DNA from: Eledone cirrhosa
Lineage: Eukaryota
Assembly (NCBI GenBank): GCA_964016885.1
Contig: OZ024743.1
Coordinates: 238,824,001 to 238,888,000, forward strand
DNA: 64,000 nucleotides
Direction: 5' to 3'
In this document: one piece after another, positions 14,025 through 26,969 of the stretch
How positions within the stretch are numbered: the first letter of the stretch is position 1
Layout of the letters: every line of letters begins with the position of its first letter
Translations under genes and position numbers: made by a program
Notes under the pieces: generated by a model
Seen by the model: only the letters and a program-made list of their open reading frames with translations
Told to the model about the DNA's origin: nothing
Database searches by the model: none

Positions 14025-15157
14025 GTAATGCAAGAGATATATAAAATATATAAAAAAATATAAGGAAATATAGTTAGGTGTGTGTATATGCATGTATATA
14101 CACTCACAAATGTACATATGCATGTATGTACAAATGCGTGTGTATGGGGAAAATGTGTGCGTAAGTACATATATGAGGGCAAGTATATTTGTGTATATGT
14201 AACCACAAATACGGATATAATATGAGTTGAAAAAGAAAATGAAAATCTAGTTGACACGTATCCAGAAACAGGTATTAGATACATATACGAGTATGAAAGC
14301 ACGCGTATAAACACACACACACGCCGGACACTTATATGCAGAAGATAAAGAGGGAAGGGAGTATAATAGTTAAAAGAAAGTGTCATTCTCGCTATATGTA
14401 TAAGAATGAAACAATATATGAGAAAGAAAAAATGATTAAATGCAAGAGAAATTAGTCAATTAACACTAGAGAAAAGAAAAGAAAAGAAAAGAAAAGAAAA
14501 GAAAACAAACATAGGTACACGCATACATACACATATATCTATAAAAAACATATATCTATAAAAAATATTTATACACGCAAATACGTACAGACAAAAGCGC
14601 ATGCGTGCGTACATACATACACAGGATGCACGTATATACATACATACATATCGCCCCATGTATATCTAATCGCAGGTACGTACGCGACTGTATATATATA
14701 TATATATACACGTACACATACACACCCATACAAACAATACATATATACACACATACACACATACACATTCACGTATATTCACTCGCTTATATACACACAC
14801 ATAAAAATAAGAATGTAAAAAAAACATAGATGTAAAAACGCAGATATAAAAACACACATACACACACATATATATACACGCACGCACGCGCACATACGAA
14901 GGCGTTCGTGTACATATACAGAACGTATACACACATAAAGACGCTCAGACACATAGATAACGAGTATTAAAGCAGCCTTATGAATAAATGGGTACACATA
15001 TAAAATCGGCTGCGAAACAACAGTTAATATCTGGAGTGAAAACGCAAGTGACCTGTTTAATCAGGTAGTAAAGAAAATAGGGAAGTAAAATGTGGAATGT
15101 GAAGATATTAGGTAAGTGAATCGAAGAATAGAGGGGGGGTTACAGGTGGATGTGAAG

Positions 15158-15183
15158 TAAAAAAAAAAAATAAAAAAAAAATA

Positions 15184-15214
<31 letters not shown>

Positions 15215-15295
15215 TAAAAATAAAAATAAAAATAAAAATAAAAATAAAAATAAAAATAAAAATAAAAATAAAAATAAAAATAAAATTAAAAATAA
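15158..15295. repeat. (AAAAAT)n simple repeat
   Basis: Direct sequence. Confidence 0.9.
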
Positions 15296-15359
15296 GGTTA
15301 CAAATGAAAGTAAGAAAGAGTAGTCTTTAAAGAGAATAATTTAAGTGAAGAATAAGAGC

Positions 15360-15850
15360 TTATGGAGGATAAGTATCTGAAAGTGAGTTAAGTTTATATG
15401 AGCTGGAAAGCAAGTGTGATTTCATGTGTGGGCAACTGGTGAACATTTTACTCTTTGTATTTAGGCAGGTTTTTGGTGATTTAAGGTTTTGTAAACTCCA
15501 ATATTTTTCATTTATGCAGAGTGTGCATCTTCTTGTTCCTCTTGCATATTTTTTAGATTGGTTCAAAATTGACCAATCCAATTTATATTGGATACCTTGG
15601 TCTTTCAAATGCCATATTCTGCTAGCCAGAGCTGTTGTGAATCTTTTTTCTGGATGTCGGAAGGATGCGACATGTGAGTAATAACGCGTTTTGCATTTGT
15701 CTTGTGTCATACCCACATATTGTTCACTGGTGGCTAGTTGGTTGTTGCTGATGGTTGTCACTTTAGCCGCATATACAATGGCTTTGGTGTTGCATATACC
15801 TTGTAATGGGCATTCACTTTTGACTCTACAGGAGCAATTTTGATGTTCTC
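15360..15850 (-). pseudogene. Penelope-type GIY-YIG endonuclease domain (5'-truncated)
   Basis: CSC..CPLQGICNTKAIVYAAKV...YVGMTQDKCKTRYYSHVASF...TALASRIWHLK...CTLCINEK. Confidence 0.88.
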
Positions 15851-15926
15851 TGGGTGCTTTTTTGTTGATGATATAAGATTTAAATATATATATATATATC
15901 TAGTCCTGTAGAGGCCATTTCTATAT

Positions 15927-16381
<455 letters not shown>

Positions 16382-16547
16382 TTTATACTTATATATACAC
16401 TATATATAATTATAAACAGGAAAGGTCAGTATTTCATTACTACCTTATTACCAGTAAGAAAAATAACTCAATGTAAATACATCAAATGTTTTACAGAGCA
16501 GGAATATAAATTACAGAATAATCAAAACTATGCTCACAAGATTTTAT

Positions 16548-16594
16548 TGCTGACAATTGTTTCTTCCAACCTTTCGTTTGATATCATCGGAGCA
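16548..16594 (-). ncRNA. Hammerhead ribozyme in an inverted Penelope LTR (~16380-17340)
   Basis: Minus strand: TGCT-CCGATGA-..CAAAC gaaag GTTGG..-GAAAC aatt GTC-AGCA, followed by AATAAA. Confidence 0.65.
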
Positions 16595-17349
16595 CTAGCA
16601 AAATTTAGACATATAATTAACTTCCTATTCCACAGAACAATCGTAATGATACATAGATATTAGTGTTGTCATTAACAGTGTCATATTTACAGAGTGGAGA
16701 TGATGTGGTCAGTATCAGTGGATGCGAAAAAATTTATAAAAGAATAATATAGCAATTATAAAGGAATTAAAGCAGAAGTTACTCGCAAAACGAGGACATT
16801 AGCAGTACATATGCAAGCGTATAGAGAGAGTGCAAATGTGTTAGGCATGTACAGAATATCTAGGTAAGAAACAAGCAATGGTACTAGGCATATACATCAC
16901 AGTATGGCAAAGGATCACATAATACAATACAGGTTTAAAAGCATATTAAGCAGCCAGAGATGTTTGTGTATGAAAAGTAGTTTCTATGAAGTTTATGGTG
17001 GATGTAGTGTGATAATTGTTCTGTTAATGTTCAAATGTTCATGTGTTGTGAGCATTAATATTAAGGTTTTCTTTTCCATTACAATCGTTATATTTTAGTG
17101 AATGTTTATCAGTAGTTACAATTATAGATTGTATATTGGTCCTATTACAATATTTTCCAGGGTTCGAGTTGTTCTAGAGTGATCTGTCTAACGGTTTAAT
17201 TTCAGGAAGTGAATCACAGATCTATATTAAGGGGAGCTAATGTGAAAGGGGAGGTAATTGGCGATTAATTTGTATATAATATAAAAAATGTATAGTTGTT
17301 TACAGCTCAAATTAGTTAAATTCCATGTGCTAATATACAATATATTATG

Positions 17350-18715
17350 TTATAGAAACAACACCTTCTTAAACAACCTTAACTCCACTATTAAAAGATT
17401 TAATAAAAAAAAAAATTCTAGTACATGCTGGTAAAACTAATAATATATGTAGCCTAGATTACGATAGATATAGAAAATTTATATATAAAGAACTACATAG
17501 GAGCTATAAGAAAACCACAATTAAAAACCTAGAAGATATAAATATAGAAGGCCATAGTATAGTATGTAAATTAGGACTTCAGAGATATACACAACCATAC
17601 ACCCCTAACCCCCCAAGATTCTCTCTGAAAGACCATAAGGAAGACTTTAATAGTAACACTTCTATAAGTCTAATTTGCCCTTCCAAATCTTCCAATCAGC
17701 AAAAAAATATTAGATAGAATGATATCCCAATTTAGGCATAAAATATATCTTAACCTGTGGGGAAATACTGATGAAATTATTGAATGGTTCAATGATATTA
17801 AAGAGAATAAAAATAAAAAAAATTATACAATTTGATATTAATTCATACTATACCTCTATTTCTCCTATCCTATTAAATAAGGCATTAATTAAGGCTATGA
17901 ACAATAGTGACCTTACTAGATTCCAAATTGATGTCATCCTTGTGGCCCGTAACACCATAATTGTATTTGAAGATCAATTATGGACCCGCAAAGATACACC
18001 TAACAACTTTGACATAACTATGGGATCTAGTGACTCAGCGCAGGTCACTGATTTGGTGGGTCTATATCTCTTAAATGAAATTCATAGGAATCTACCCTAC
18101 CTCAGTGGTGGTTTATACCGCAATGACGCACTACTACTTATTGACTATAAACATTTTAATATAGAAAGAACTAGGAAACAATTACATAAAATTTTCAAAA
18201 ACTTCAACTTAGGTATTACCTTAGATAAAAACACTAAAAATGTTAACTTCCTTGATGCTACCCTTTGCCTGGACTCTAAAATATATACACCCTTTCATAT
18301 ACCAAACGAAAAACTACTTTATGTAGATACCAACTCTAACCACCCTAAATCTATATTAAACTCAATTACTAAAGGAATATCAAATAGAATTTCTACTCTA
18401 TCATATAATGAAACCATATTTACCAGTAATTCCCAATACTATAATGATGCCTTGGCTAGATGAGGCGATAAAAATGAAATTAAATTTCTACCTATAAAAT
18501 CACCTAGTTACAACATTATTTTTCACAATATGGCCATGAAGAAAAATAATAAAAGTACTAGCCACTCTAACTCTAGTACGAAGGATAATATCAAACTTAA
18601 CTCGCACCAGAATAAACACCCCAATAATAATATAAACAGAAATAAAAACAATACCTCAAATAACATTACAAAAAACCAAATATAAAAGAAAAACTAATAC
18701 ATTTTTCAAATTATT
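17350..18715 (+). pseudogene. Penelope-like RT fragment (family 1)
   Basis: LKDHKEDF, IIQFDINSYYTSI, FDITMGSSDSAQVTDLVGLYLL, GGLYRNDAL (YRDD mutated), VNFLDATL and SNHPKSI, with stops. Confidence 0.85.
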
Positions 18716-18766
18716 ATTATATACTTTGATATTAAATCACGCAAATACCCGCCTAGAGTTAAGGAC

Positions 18767-20682
18767 ATGGCCAACTTCGAAATAGACCTAGTTAACTTAA
18801 TTAGTGAAATAAAATACCGTAAGTACAACAATAATTTTCAATCCAAACACTTTAACGACATTTCCAATTTTAAACACTCTACAAATACGTTCGTTTTTTC
18901 TGACAAAACCAAAAATCTTTTTGAAGTAAATAATAATTTGTATAACCAACTGTTTACAGATAGCATTACGGCTAAATATCAAATAGCTAACATTAATACT
19001 TACAATACTATTAATAATGAAGCTAATGCCCTAGCTAGTACCTTAAAAATAGACAGCCGGATTGAAAGCCTAGCTAATCATAAAGAATATATTACTCTTA
19101 AAGACCATAAATTAGACTTTACTAATCGACCCAGTTGTAGACTAATCAATCCTGCTAAATCTGAAATTGGCCCTGCGAGTAAAAAAATATTAAGAAAAAT
19201 AATAATTCAAATAAGAAGTATGACTGAGTTATCTCAATGGTTAAATACATCCTCTGTTATTTCTTGGTTTAATAACATACAAGGAAAAAATAAGTGTAGA
19301 TTTACCCAATTTAATATTGTTGTTTTTTACCCCACTATTACTGAATCCTTATTAACAAAAGCCTTAGATTTTGCTAGACTTTTCATTAATATTTCTAAAT
19401 TAGAAGAAGACGTTATCTTTCACACTAGGAAAACACTACTCTTTGCTAATGAAAGTACTTGGGTTAAAATATCAAGCCCTGAAAACTCTATTGATGTTGC
19501 GAGGGGCTCATATGATAGTGCCGATGTGTGCGACTTAATAGGATTATTCCTCCTCCACACCCTTAAAGAGAAATTCCCCTGCCATAATATCGGTTTATAC
19601 CGAGACGACGGTTTGGAAGTTTCTCATACCACCAACAGCCACAACCTTGATAAATTCCGTAAAGACTTAATAAATATCTTTGCTAATCTAAACCTTAAAA
19701 TTACTATAGATACGAATCTCACTAATACTAACTTTCTTAATATTAATCTTGACTTACTTACCGCCTCTTTTAAACCTTATCATAAACCTAATGAACATTT
19801 AAGATATATACACAAAGAGTCATGCCATCCCCTATAGTCTTTAAAATCTTATTCCTAATATTAGCCGTAGGATTTCTACCTTATCATCTATAGACATCTT
19901 TAACAAAGCCTTATTATAACAAAGCCCTCAATAACAGCGGCTTCACCGAACAAATTAAATATTTACCTACTCCTCTTTCTAACACTAAACATTTTAACGG
20001 GAAAAGAAAAAATATTTGGTTTACCCCCTCCCCCCCCTCTCTCTAACCGTTAAAACTAACGTAGGAAGAAAATTCCTCGACCTCCTTGACAAACATTTCC
20101 CCCTAATCATAGATATATGATATTTAATAAAAATGTTAAAATCAGTTACTCTTGCTGCCCATCAATGAAAACTAAAATTACCAACTCTAATCGTACTAGA
20201 GTAAATCCAGGATGCAGTTACAGGAAGCCGGAAGAAAGCCCATTACAGGGTAAATATAATACCAAATATATTGTGTATGAGGCCAAATTGACACCTATGA
20301 TTATAACCAGCCAGCCAGGAGTGAACGATATGTTGGCATGACTCAGGACAGACTTAAAACCAGGTATTATGCACATGTCGCTTCTTTCAAACACCCTGAA
20401 AAAAGAACAGCAACGGCGCTGGCAAATAAAGAGTGGGAATTTAAAGACAAAAACATTCCGTACACTATTGATTGGTCTATTTTAGACCATTCAAGAGAAT
20501 ACCAAAGGGGTACAAAGAAATGTTCTTTGTGTACCACGGAAAAATTTTGAATTCTCCAAAACTTGAAAACCCCCACCACTTGTCTCAACTCTAAGACCGA
20601 GATATTTAGATGTTGTCTACACCTGAAATCGCATCTACTTTTTAACTGGATTAACATACCTACGATTACTCAACCACCCTGA
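18767..20682 (+). pseudogene. Penelope RT / GIY-YIG polyprotein, frameshifted
   Basis: YRDD catalytic motif; WFTP, KISYSCCPSMK, IVYEAKL, YVGMTQDRLKTRYYAH and CSLCTTEK spread across several frames. Confidence 0.88.
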
Positions 20683-21365
20683 GCTTCTTCTTTACTCATC
20701 ACGCCTTCCACTCACTACCAATTTCAAAGAACTTATACTTTCTACCACATATATACTTTTTCTCCCCCTTCTCTCTCTATATGTCTTTTGACTTATACCC
20801 CTACCCCTACTATTTACCATACCTTTAATACATACATAACTTTATCCTTTACCCATATCATTTTTTAACTATATACCCTTATCCAGATCTCATTACAAAC
20901 ATTTACCCTCTTTTACATCCCCTTTCTCACTTACCTGTTTTTAATTATTGTTTTTATTTTATTTCACTCTTACTTACCCACTGGTGCTTTAAGTGTACTC
21001 ACTTAAGGTTGTATGTGGGCGTCAGACTTATGTGTACTTACATATTTACGTGTTTTTACTTATATGTATGTGTGTGTGTGTGCGTGCGTGTGTGTGTATG
21101 TATGTGTGTATACATATATATATATATGTATGTGTGTTTGTGTGTATATATGTATATATAGGTATGTTTGTATATATTTGTTTATATGTATTTGTATTTA
21201 TGTATGCACGTGTTTGTGTATATATATTTTTGAATATATGTTTATATATGCGAGTATGGACTTACGTATATGTTTATTTGTATGCGTTCGTTAATTTCTT
21301 ATTGCGTGAGTGTGTGCGCACGCGTATGTGTACGTATCTACCTGGGTTATGTATATGTGTGTATG

Positions 21366-21419
<54 letters not shown>

Positions 21420-21581
21420 CATATCTTGTGTATTTGTTTATATTTAAGTTGTTTTTAGTTTTTATCCCCCCCCCCCACACACCTACACCTATCGTTGTCA
21501 ACACGTCCCTCCTTCTTTTACTTTATTTTGTTTTTGTTTATATATATATATATATGTATATTTATATATATTCATATATAT

Positions 21582-21618
<37 letters not shown>

Positions 21619-21619
21619 G

Positions 21620-22385
21620 AAGCCTCATTCTTATAGCCTGGTCTATTCGATTTTTTATATAGATAATTATGCTAATTGGGAGAGGAAATGGTATATATTT
21701 TATCTTGTGATTCTACAGACATGTTTTATGATATATAGCTCTGATTATTTAATTTATAAAATTTTCATTGAGCCACAACGTGACCCGTTGCAAAACACGT
21801 ATATGTATATATATGTATATATGTAAACTTTTATATGTAATAATCTCCCATTAGGTTGAGATACAAATTTGGCTGTATTGTGCTGTCCTTTCTAGCAAAA
21901 AAGCCACTAGCCGTAAGCAACTACCACACCCCCAACCTGACCGCTACTACGTCACGATTCCTAGCCATTTTGAATGAATTCTTGGCGCGATCACTTTGGA
22001 AAATTTAGTGTCTAAATCAGAGCAAATCTCCTGATGAATCCGATGCTCGAGTTACATAATTATTACATAATTATTGGAAATCTCAAAATGCGGACGAAAC
22101 CATGGTAGAGGTATTTAAATGTATTCTATTTTCTCCTTGTTTATTTTACACCTAATTCTGTTTAATTGACTGTATCTGGGCGATTACGCTGTCGAAATAT
22201 TCGATAAATATTCCGTTGCGGCCGACGCGAAGGGCTAGTTTCGGTTATTTGTTGGAGATTTCTTCATAGAACCCTCATTCTTATAGCCTGGTCTATTCGA
22301 TTTTTTTTATATAGTTAATTATGCTAATTGGGAGAGGAAATGGTATATATTTTATCTTGTGATTCTACAGACATGTTTTATGATA
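21620..22385 (+). mobile_element. Retrozyme / Penelope-LTR-like unit with ~115-bp terminal direct repeats and an internal hammerhead
   Basis: 21624-21735 repeats at 22273-22385. TA runs lie on both sides. Confidence 0.7.
22027..22111 (+). ncRNA. Type I hammerhead ribozyme with extended loop II
   Basis: TCTC-CTGATGA-ATCCG...CGGAC-GAAAC catg GTA-GAGG. Confidence 0.8.
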
Positions 22386-22792
22386 TATATATATATATGT
22401 TGTTCTTATTTATTTCTTTACTTAGTTATTTCTGCTTGCTTACTAGTCCCCAAATTTGAGTGTATATATCTGTGTATATGTATGTGTATGTATTTTTGTA
22501 TATATCTGTGTATATGTATGTGTATGTATTTATGTTCCTGACCATATTTCTTTGTAGACGCTAATACGTTTAATACGTTTGTGTGAGTTTACGTCTACAT
22601 ACTTTTTAGTATATGCGCGTACTTGATTGTGTGTATGTTTACGTTCTTGATATTTATATTTTTATTCTTATATATATTATTATTTTTTTGTTTTTCCCTA
22701 TTTTCTTTTCGCCCGTTTTTTTTCAGCCTCACTTTCATACTTCCTAAATGTTATTTTCAAATCCATATTTAATAAAAACAGTATGTTTTTTA

Positions 22793-22853
22793 TTCATTCT
22801 GACGACTGAAGAAAGATATAACACCCATCTTCAAGAAACTACTGGTAAATGAA
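22793..22853 (+). ncRNA. Type I hammerhead ribozyme at the Penelope 3' end
   Basis: TTCATT-CTGACGA-cTGAAGA...TCTTCAa-GAAAC tactg GTA-AATGAA. Confidence 0.8.
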
Positions 22854-22888
22854 ATAATTATCTTATGTTGTTTATTACATAAATAATA

Positions 22889-22929
<41 letters not shown>

Positions 22930-22986
22930 GTGAGGTTTTTTTTACAAAATGAAAAATAACCGAGGTGTCCTACATGAGTGGAAGTA

Positions 22987-23028
22987 TAAAGAAAAAGAGA
23001 TGAAATCGAAAATGCAACTGAAGTCTTA

Positions 23029-23060
<32 letters not shown>

Positions 23061-23293
23061 ATATATATTTATTTGGTTCCTTTACCGGTTTCGCAGTTCT
23101 TCTGCTTTTCAAAAGGTGAGTTGAGATGTGGTTTTTCTCTGTGAGAAAAACCACAGACCCTCCATCTCAACTCACCTTTTGAAAAGCAGAAGAACTGCGA
23201 AACCGGTAAAGGAACCAAATAAATATATATATTTAAAAAAAAAAAAAAAAAAAAAATAAGACTTCAGTTGCATTTTCGATTTCATCTCTTTTT

Positions 23294-23298
<5 letters not shown>
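22987..23298. mobile_element. Near-perfect fold-back (two ~135-bp arms) with a degenerate hammerhead in each arm
   Basis: 22990-23128 is the reverse complement of 23163-23297. CCTT-TTGAAAA-GCAG aagaa CTGC-GAAAC cg GTA-AAGG at 23175-23212 and its mirror at 23079-23116. Confidence 0.8.
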
Positions 23299-23346
<48 letters not shown>

Positions 23347-23419
23347 TAAATGTATATACAAATACATTTATATATATACATATATATATATATATATACT
23401 TATGTTTAGTATGTTTACA

Positions 23420-23930
23420 TGTCTATAGTCTAAAAATGTGTAAGTATGTATAAACATTTACGCATAACCTAATTTATATATATATACATTAGGTTATGCG
23501 TTAAACACCTAAAGTGTATAATAGTTATACCTGCGTAAATGTTTATACAGGCTTACACATTTTTAGAATATAGACACGTTAGTTTAACAATGATAACGAA
23601 GGCAAGTTATGTTACATATTTCATTCATTGTTTTACAATCGTTTCGGAGGGTTGATCATATTGACTGATCTACATCAGTTAGAGAACAGTATACTATCAG
23701 ACATTATATACCGGTTCGATCACATCGCCTTCTTCGGAAACATTGTTTTCGAAGAAGGCGGTGTGATCGATATTATGTCTGATATTATGTCTGATAATAT
23801 ACAGTTCTCTAACTGCTATAGATGAGTCAGTATATCAATATGTTCAACCCTCCGAAACGATTGTAAAATCAATTAACGAAATATGTAAAATAATATGCCC
23901 TTGTTATGATTGTTAAACTAACGTGTACTA
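23420..23930. repeat. Compound inverted repeat (two adjacent fold-backs), Penelope-LTR-like
   Basis: 23420-23465 vs 23532-23576, and 23575-23742 vs 23748-23927. Candidate long-stem-II hammerhead on the minus strand: GTTT-CCGAAGA...GAAAC gatt GTA-AAAC. Confidence 0.7.
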
Positions 23931-24279
23931 TATCAGACTCGGTAACTGAAAAATTGACTCAGCGAAACACGGAATCAATCTCTGGATCTCACTGAACTAC
24001 TTGCTAACGGATTACATGGAGTTCGAACTACGGTGGAGACCCTACCACGAAAGGTAGACAACATCTGTATATATATATATGTATACACAGAAAACACGAG
24101 TGGAATAGTAACATCTCGCGACTTAATGATTGAAGACAGAAGAGAGGAAAAAAAAAACACAAACAGCAAACGAAACAAACCTCCACACACATAAAACACA
24201 CGTAGACATGACAAACATCCCCCCCCCCCCCCCACACACACATCTTGAAAGCAGCAGCAAATGTGATAAAAAGATTACT

Positions 24280-25580
24280 TGGTATCAAGACGAGGGAAAA
24301 CAGACCAGAGAGGACAGAACCTACCTGGCTGAAGCAGTTGAATGGTCAAATCAAAGAAATAAAAAAGAGCATCGGGAAACTTGGTTGACAAGGATATTGG
24401 ATTAAGAATATAACGTATATTCCATCGATATTGGCAGCCATGTTCAATGGGGTGAGTTACTGCAATGGTTGACAAAAATACCAAGTGTGGAGTGCTAGTG
24501 AAAAGGAGACGTAAATTGCAGAGAAGCCAACGAATGGAGATACCAACAGGTGAGGTGAAAAAAGAGATCGACACCGTTGAAGGATATAGATATTTGTTGT
24601 TGGGTATTTTGTACAATAGAATGAAGGAGATGATAAATAAAATCAGAATACATATGGAGAGTAGTAAAAGTATTAAAATCACATCTGAATAGAAGGAACG
24701 CCATAAGTGCAATAAATTCCCGAGCTGCATCTATCATTAGGAAGCGGTATGAGAATGTTTAGATGGAGTGTAAACGAAAAAAAATTAATTGGGTAGAAAT
24801 ACAAGGAAATTCATGACCACCTACAGTATGTTTCATAAGTAGGGTGATGTTGATAGGCTGTACTTAAAGAGATCAGAAAGTGGAATATGACTTATTAGCG
24901 AGGAGGACTGTATTCAGATGGAGAAGAGCTGTTTACATAAGTACGTTTCTGAGAGTAACGAGCCAATGCTTAAGACTGTAATGAGGGGGAGATAATAGAC
25001 TAGAGGAGTAATAACAAAGTAATGACAAAAAGAAAGAACGGCCTGAATGAAAAAGCCCTTCATAGTGTCTTCTTGAAAAAGAAAAAGAATTCAGAAACCC
25101 AGAGACAAGAGACTGGTTAAAGAAAGGGGACCATAAGAAAGCTACAGAGAGAATGCTACTGGCTGTCCAGATGCAAGCCCTTAGAACGAAGTGGATGAAA
25201 CATCATATCGACAAGGTGGAGAGAGAGGGAGGGGAAACCGTCGCTCACATTGTATCCGAGTGTAAGCACCTAGCCCAGGCTCATTATATAGGATAGAGGC
25301 ATAATATCGCAGGGAAAGTGATTCACTGGCATGTATGGAAACTGAATGATTTACCCCACTCTGAGAAGTGATATGAGCATAAACCAGAATCAGTGATAAA
25401 AAAAAAGAATGGTTGAAGGTGTGGTAGGATTTCAGGATACAATAGATAAAGAATTAGAATACAATAAGCCTAACTTGGAAAAAAGATATTGTTTGATTGT
25501 AGATGTAGCTTGCGCCCCCCCCTTCTTGACGCAAGAGTGCCAGAAAAGTAGAGGGAGAAAATTAACTGGTATCAGGATAT
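24280..25580 (+). mobile_element. Decayed R4/Dong-clade RLE LINE (related to 29783-33290)
   Basis: KCGVLVKRRRKLQRSQRMEIPTGEVKKEID, AINSRAASIIR, MFHK*GDVDRLYLKRSE, HIVSECKHLAQ, IVDVAC and KINWYQD, with many stops. Confidence 0.85.
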
Positions 25581-25609
25581 GATACCAGTTAATTTTCACT
25601 AGGTACTGT

Positions 25610-26700
25610 CTCGAAGAGTTTACTTTAGACGGTTAATATTTTCCACAAAACGTGCGCAGTACAAAGCTGCCTTTTGTATGACACATAAGCTGTATGGTAT
25701 TTCCAGTAGTTTTAAGAAGTTTAGAAGTTTCAATGGGATTGACCCTAATGACCCGATCACAATTGATAACACTTTCAAATTATCCTCATGCATTCCAAAC
25801 AGTCTTGTCAGTTGCCTTTTCAATTCAGAGTACTTGGTGATTTTAAAAATATTCTTACTCACAATATTCGAGTCATTTAGTATGGCCAGGTGGATGATAT
25901 GACAGTATTTGTCTTCGTTGTTCAATACGAAAATATCCGGTCGGCGATGTTCAATTACTCTCTCAGTTTGAAAATCATAATCCCAGAATATCGTTGTTTT
26001 CCCACCCTCCTACATTACTTTACAAGGCACATGCTCATACCAATTCTCTATGACTTCTTATTGGTATTTACAGCACAAAAGCCAATGAAGATACAGGCAG
26101 ACTTTATCATAACATCACTTGTATTGATTTTGCACAAGGCTCTCACATCCACTTACCAGGTGGGTAACATTTTGTAGATGTTATACTTCACCAAACTGTT
26201 GGCAAAAGCTTACTCATACGCTGCAAATAATAGGCTTTCAGTAGCATGTTTCAAATCATCTTGCTTAAGCCATGTCCATAATGTTGTTTTATCCTTGATA
26301 TCCTGTGTTTTTCTTTCAAACTGACTATGCCTTCTCATTCCTAGATCATTTCTTTTCTCTTCAGTTCTTTGGTGAAACTCTTCCTTTCCAACCATTTATA
26401 CTGTATTTATACTCATATCTTCTACTGCATATTGCAACAACTCTTCCACACTGTTTAACAAATATTCTCCAAGAGTTCTCCTATCACTCATTTTACTGTG
26501 ATCCACACTGATGAAGCCATTGTGTGTCAAGTTCCGTATCATTATACGGAAATTTACACACCAAAACAAATATTAATAGGCTATACACGAAGAGAAAGAA
26601 TGGTGGCAGAGGCTTCATCAGTGTGGATCATAGTATAAGGAGTGAAAGGAGAACAGGGACGACGAGTTGTTGCAATATGCGGTAGAAAATATGGGTATTA
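25610..26700 (-). mobile_element. Decayed second R4/Dong-clade family, with an inverted 5' piece at 26545-26700
   Basis: Minus strand: WTWLKQDDLKHATESLLFAAYE, HLVSGCESL, ILGL..EHRRPDIFV, KITKYSEL, IVIGSLG and QKAAL. 26485-26519 is mirrored at 26610-26645. Confidence 0.8.
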
Positions 26701-26744
26701 ACTTTGTGAAGATTTCCCCACCACCTTCTTTTAGTCAAGAAGGG

Positions 26745-26950
26745 CAGGCCGTTTTGATGTCATGTGGCCATGGCGAAAGAGGTGGTATGGTGGACACGCT
26801 TGAAAGGTTTAAAGACGAGTACTTTACTTTTTGGATAAGCCCTGATTAACTTCTTCAGATTCCACTTGAGGAGGAAAATAAGAGTAGAGAGAGAAGTGCT
26901 GCCTTCAGAGTAATTTGTTGTATGGTGGGTGAGAGAAGCGAACATGTCAC
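26745..26950 (+). mobile_element. Tx1 ORF2 C-terminal fragment
   Basis: AKEVVWWTRLKGLK...FHLRRKIRVEREVL, homologous to 29140-29340. Confidence 0.7.
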
Positions 26951-26969
26951 GAGTGAATGAGCTTCACAA

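Larger units (their letters stand above)
18720..22890 (+). mobile_element. Penelope-like element (family 2): RT + GIY-YIG + long 3' UTR + hammerhead, interrupted by a 21620-22385 insert
   Basis: ORF 18767-19837 has ITLKDHK..PSCRLINPAKSEIG, GSYDSADVCDLIGLFLL and GLYRDDGL. GIY-YIG remnants at 20210-20680 are homologous to 15360-15850. Confidence 0.85.

Noticed and set aside
22212-22240. Helitron-like hairpin + CTAG
   Set aside because: No matching 5' TC end was found, and it lies inside a hammerhead unit bounded by direct repeats.
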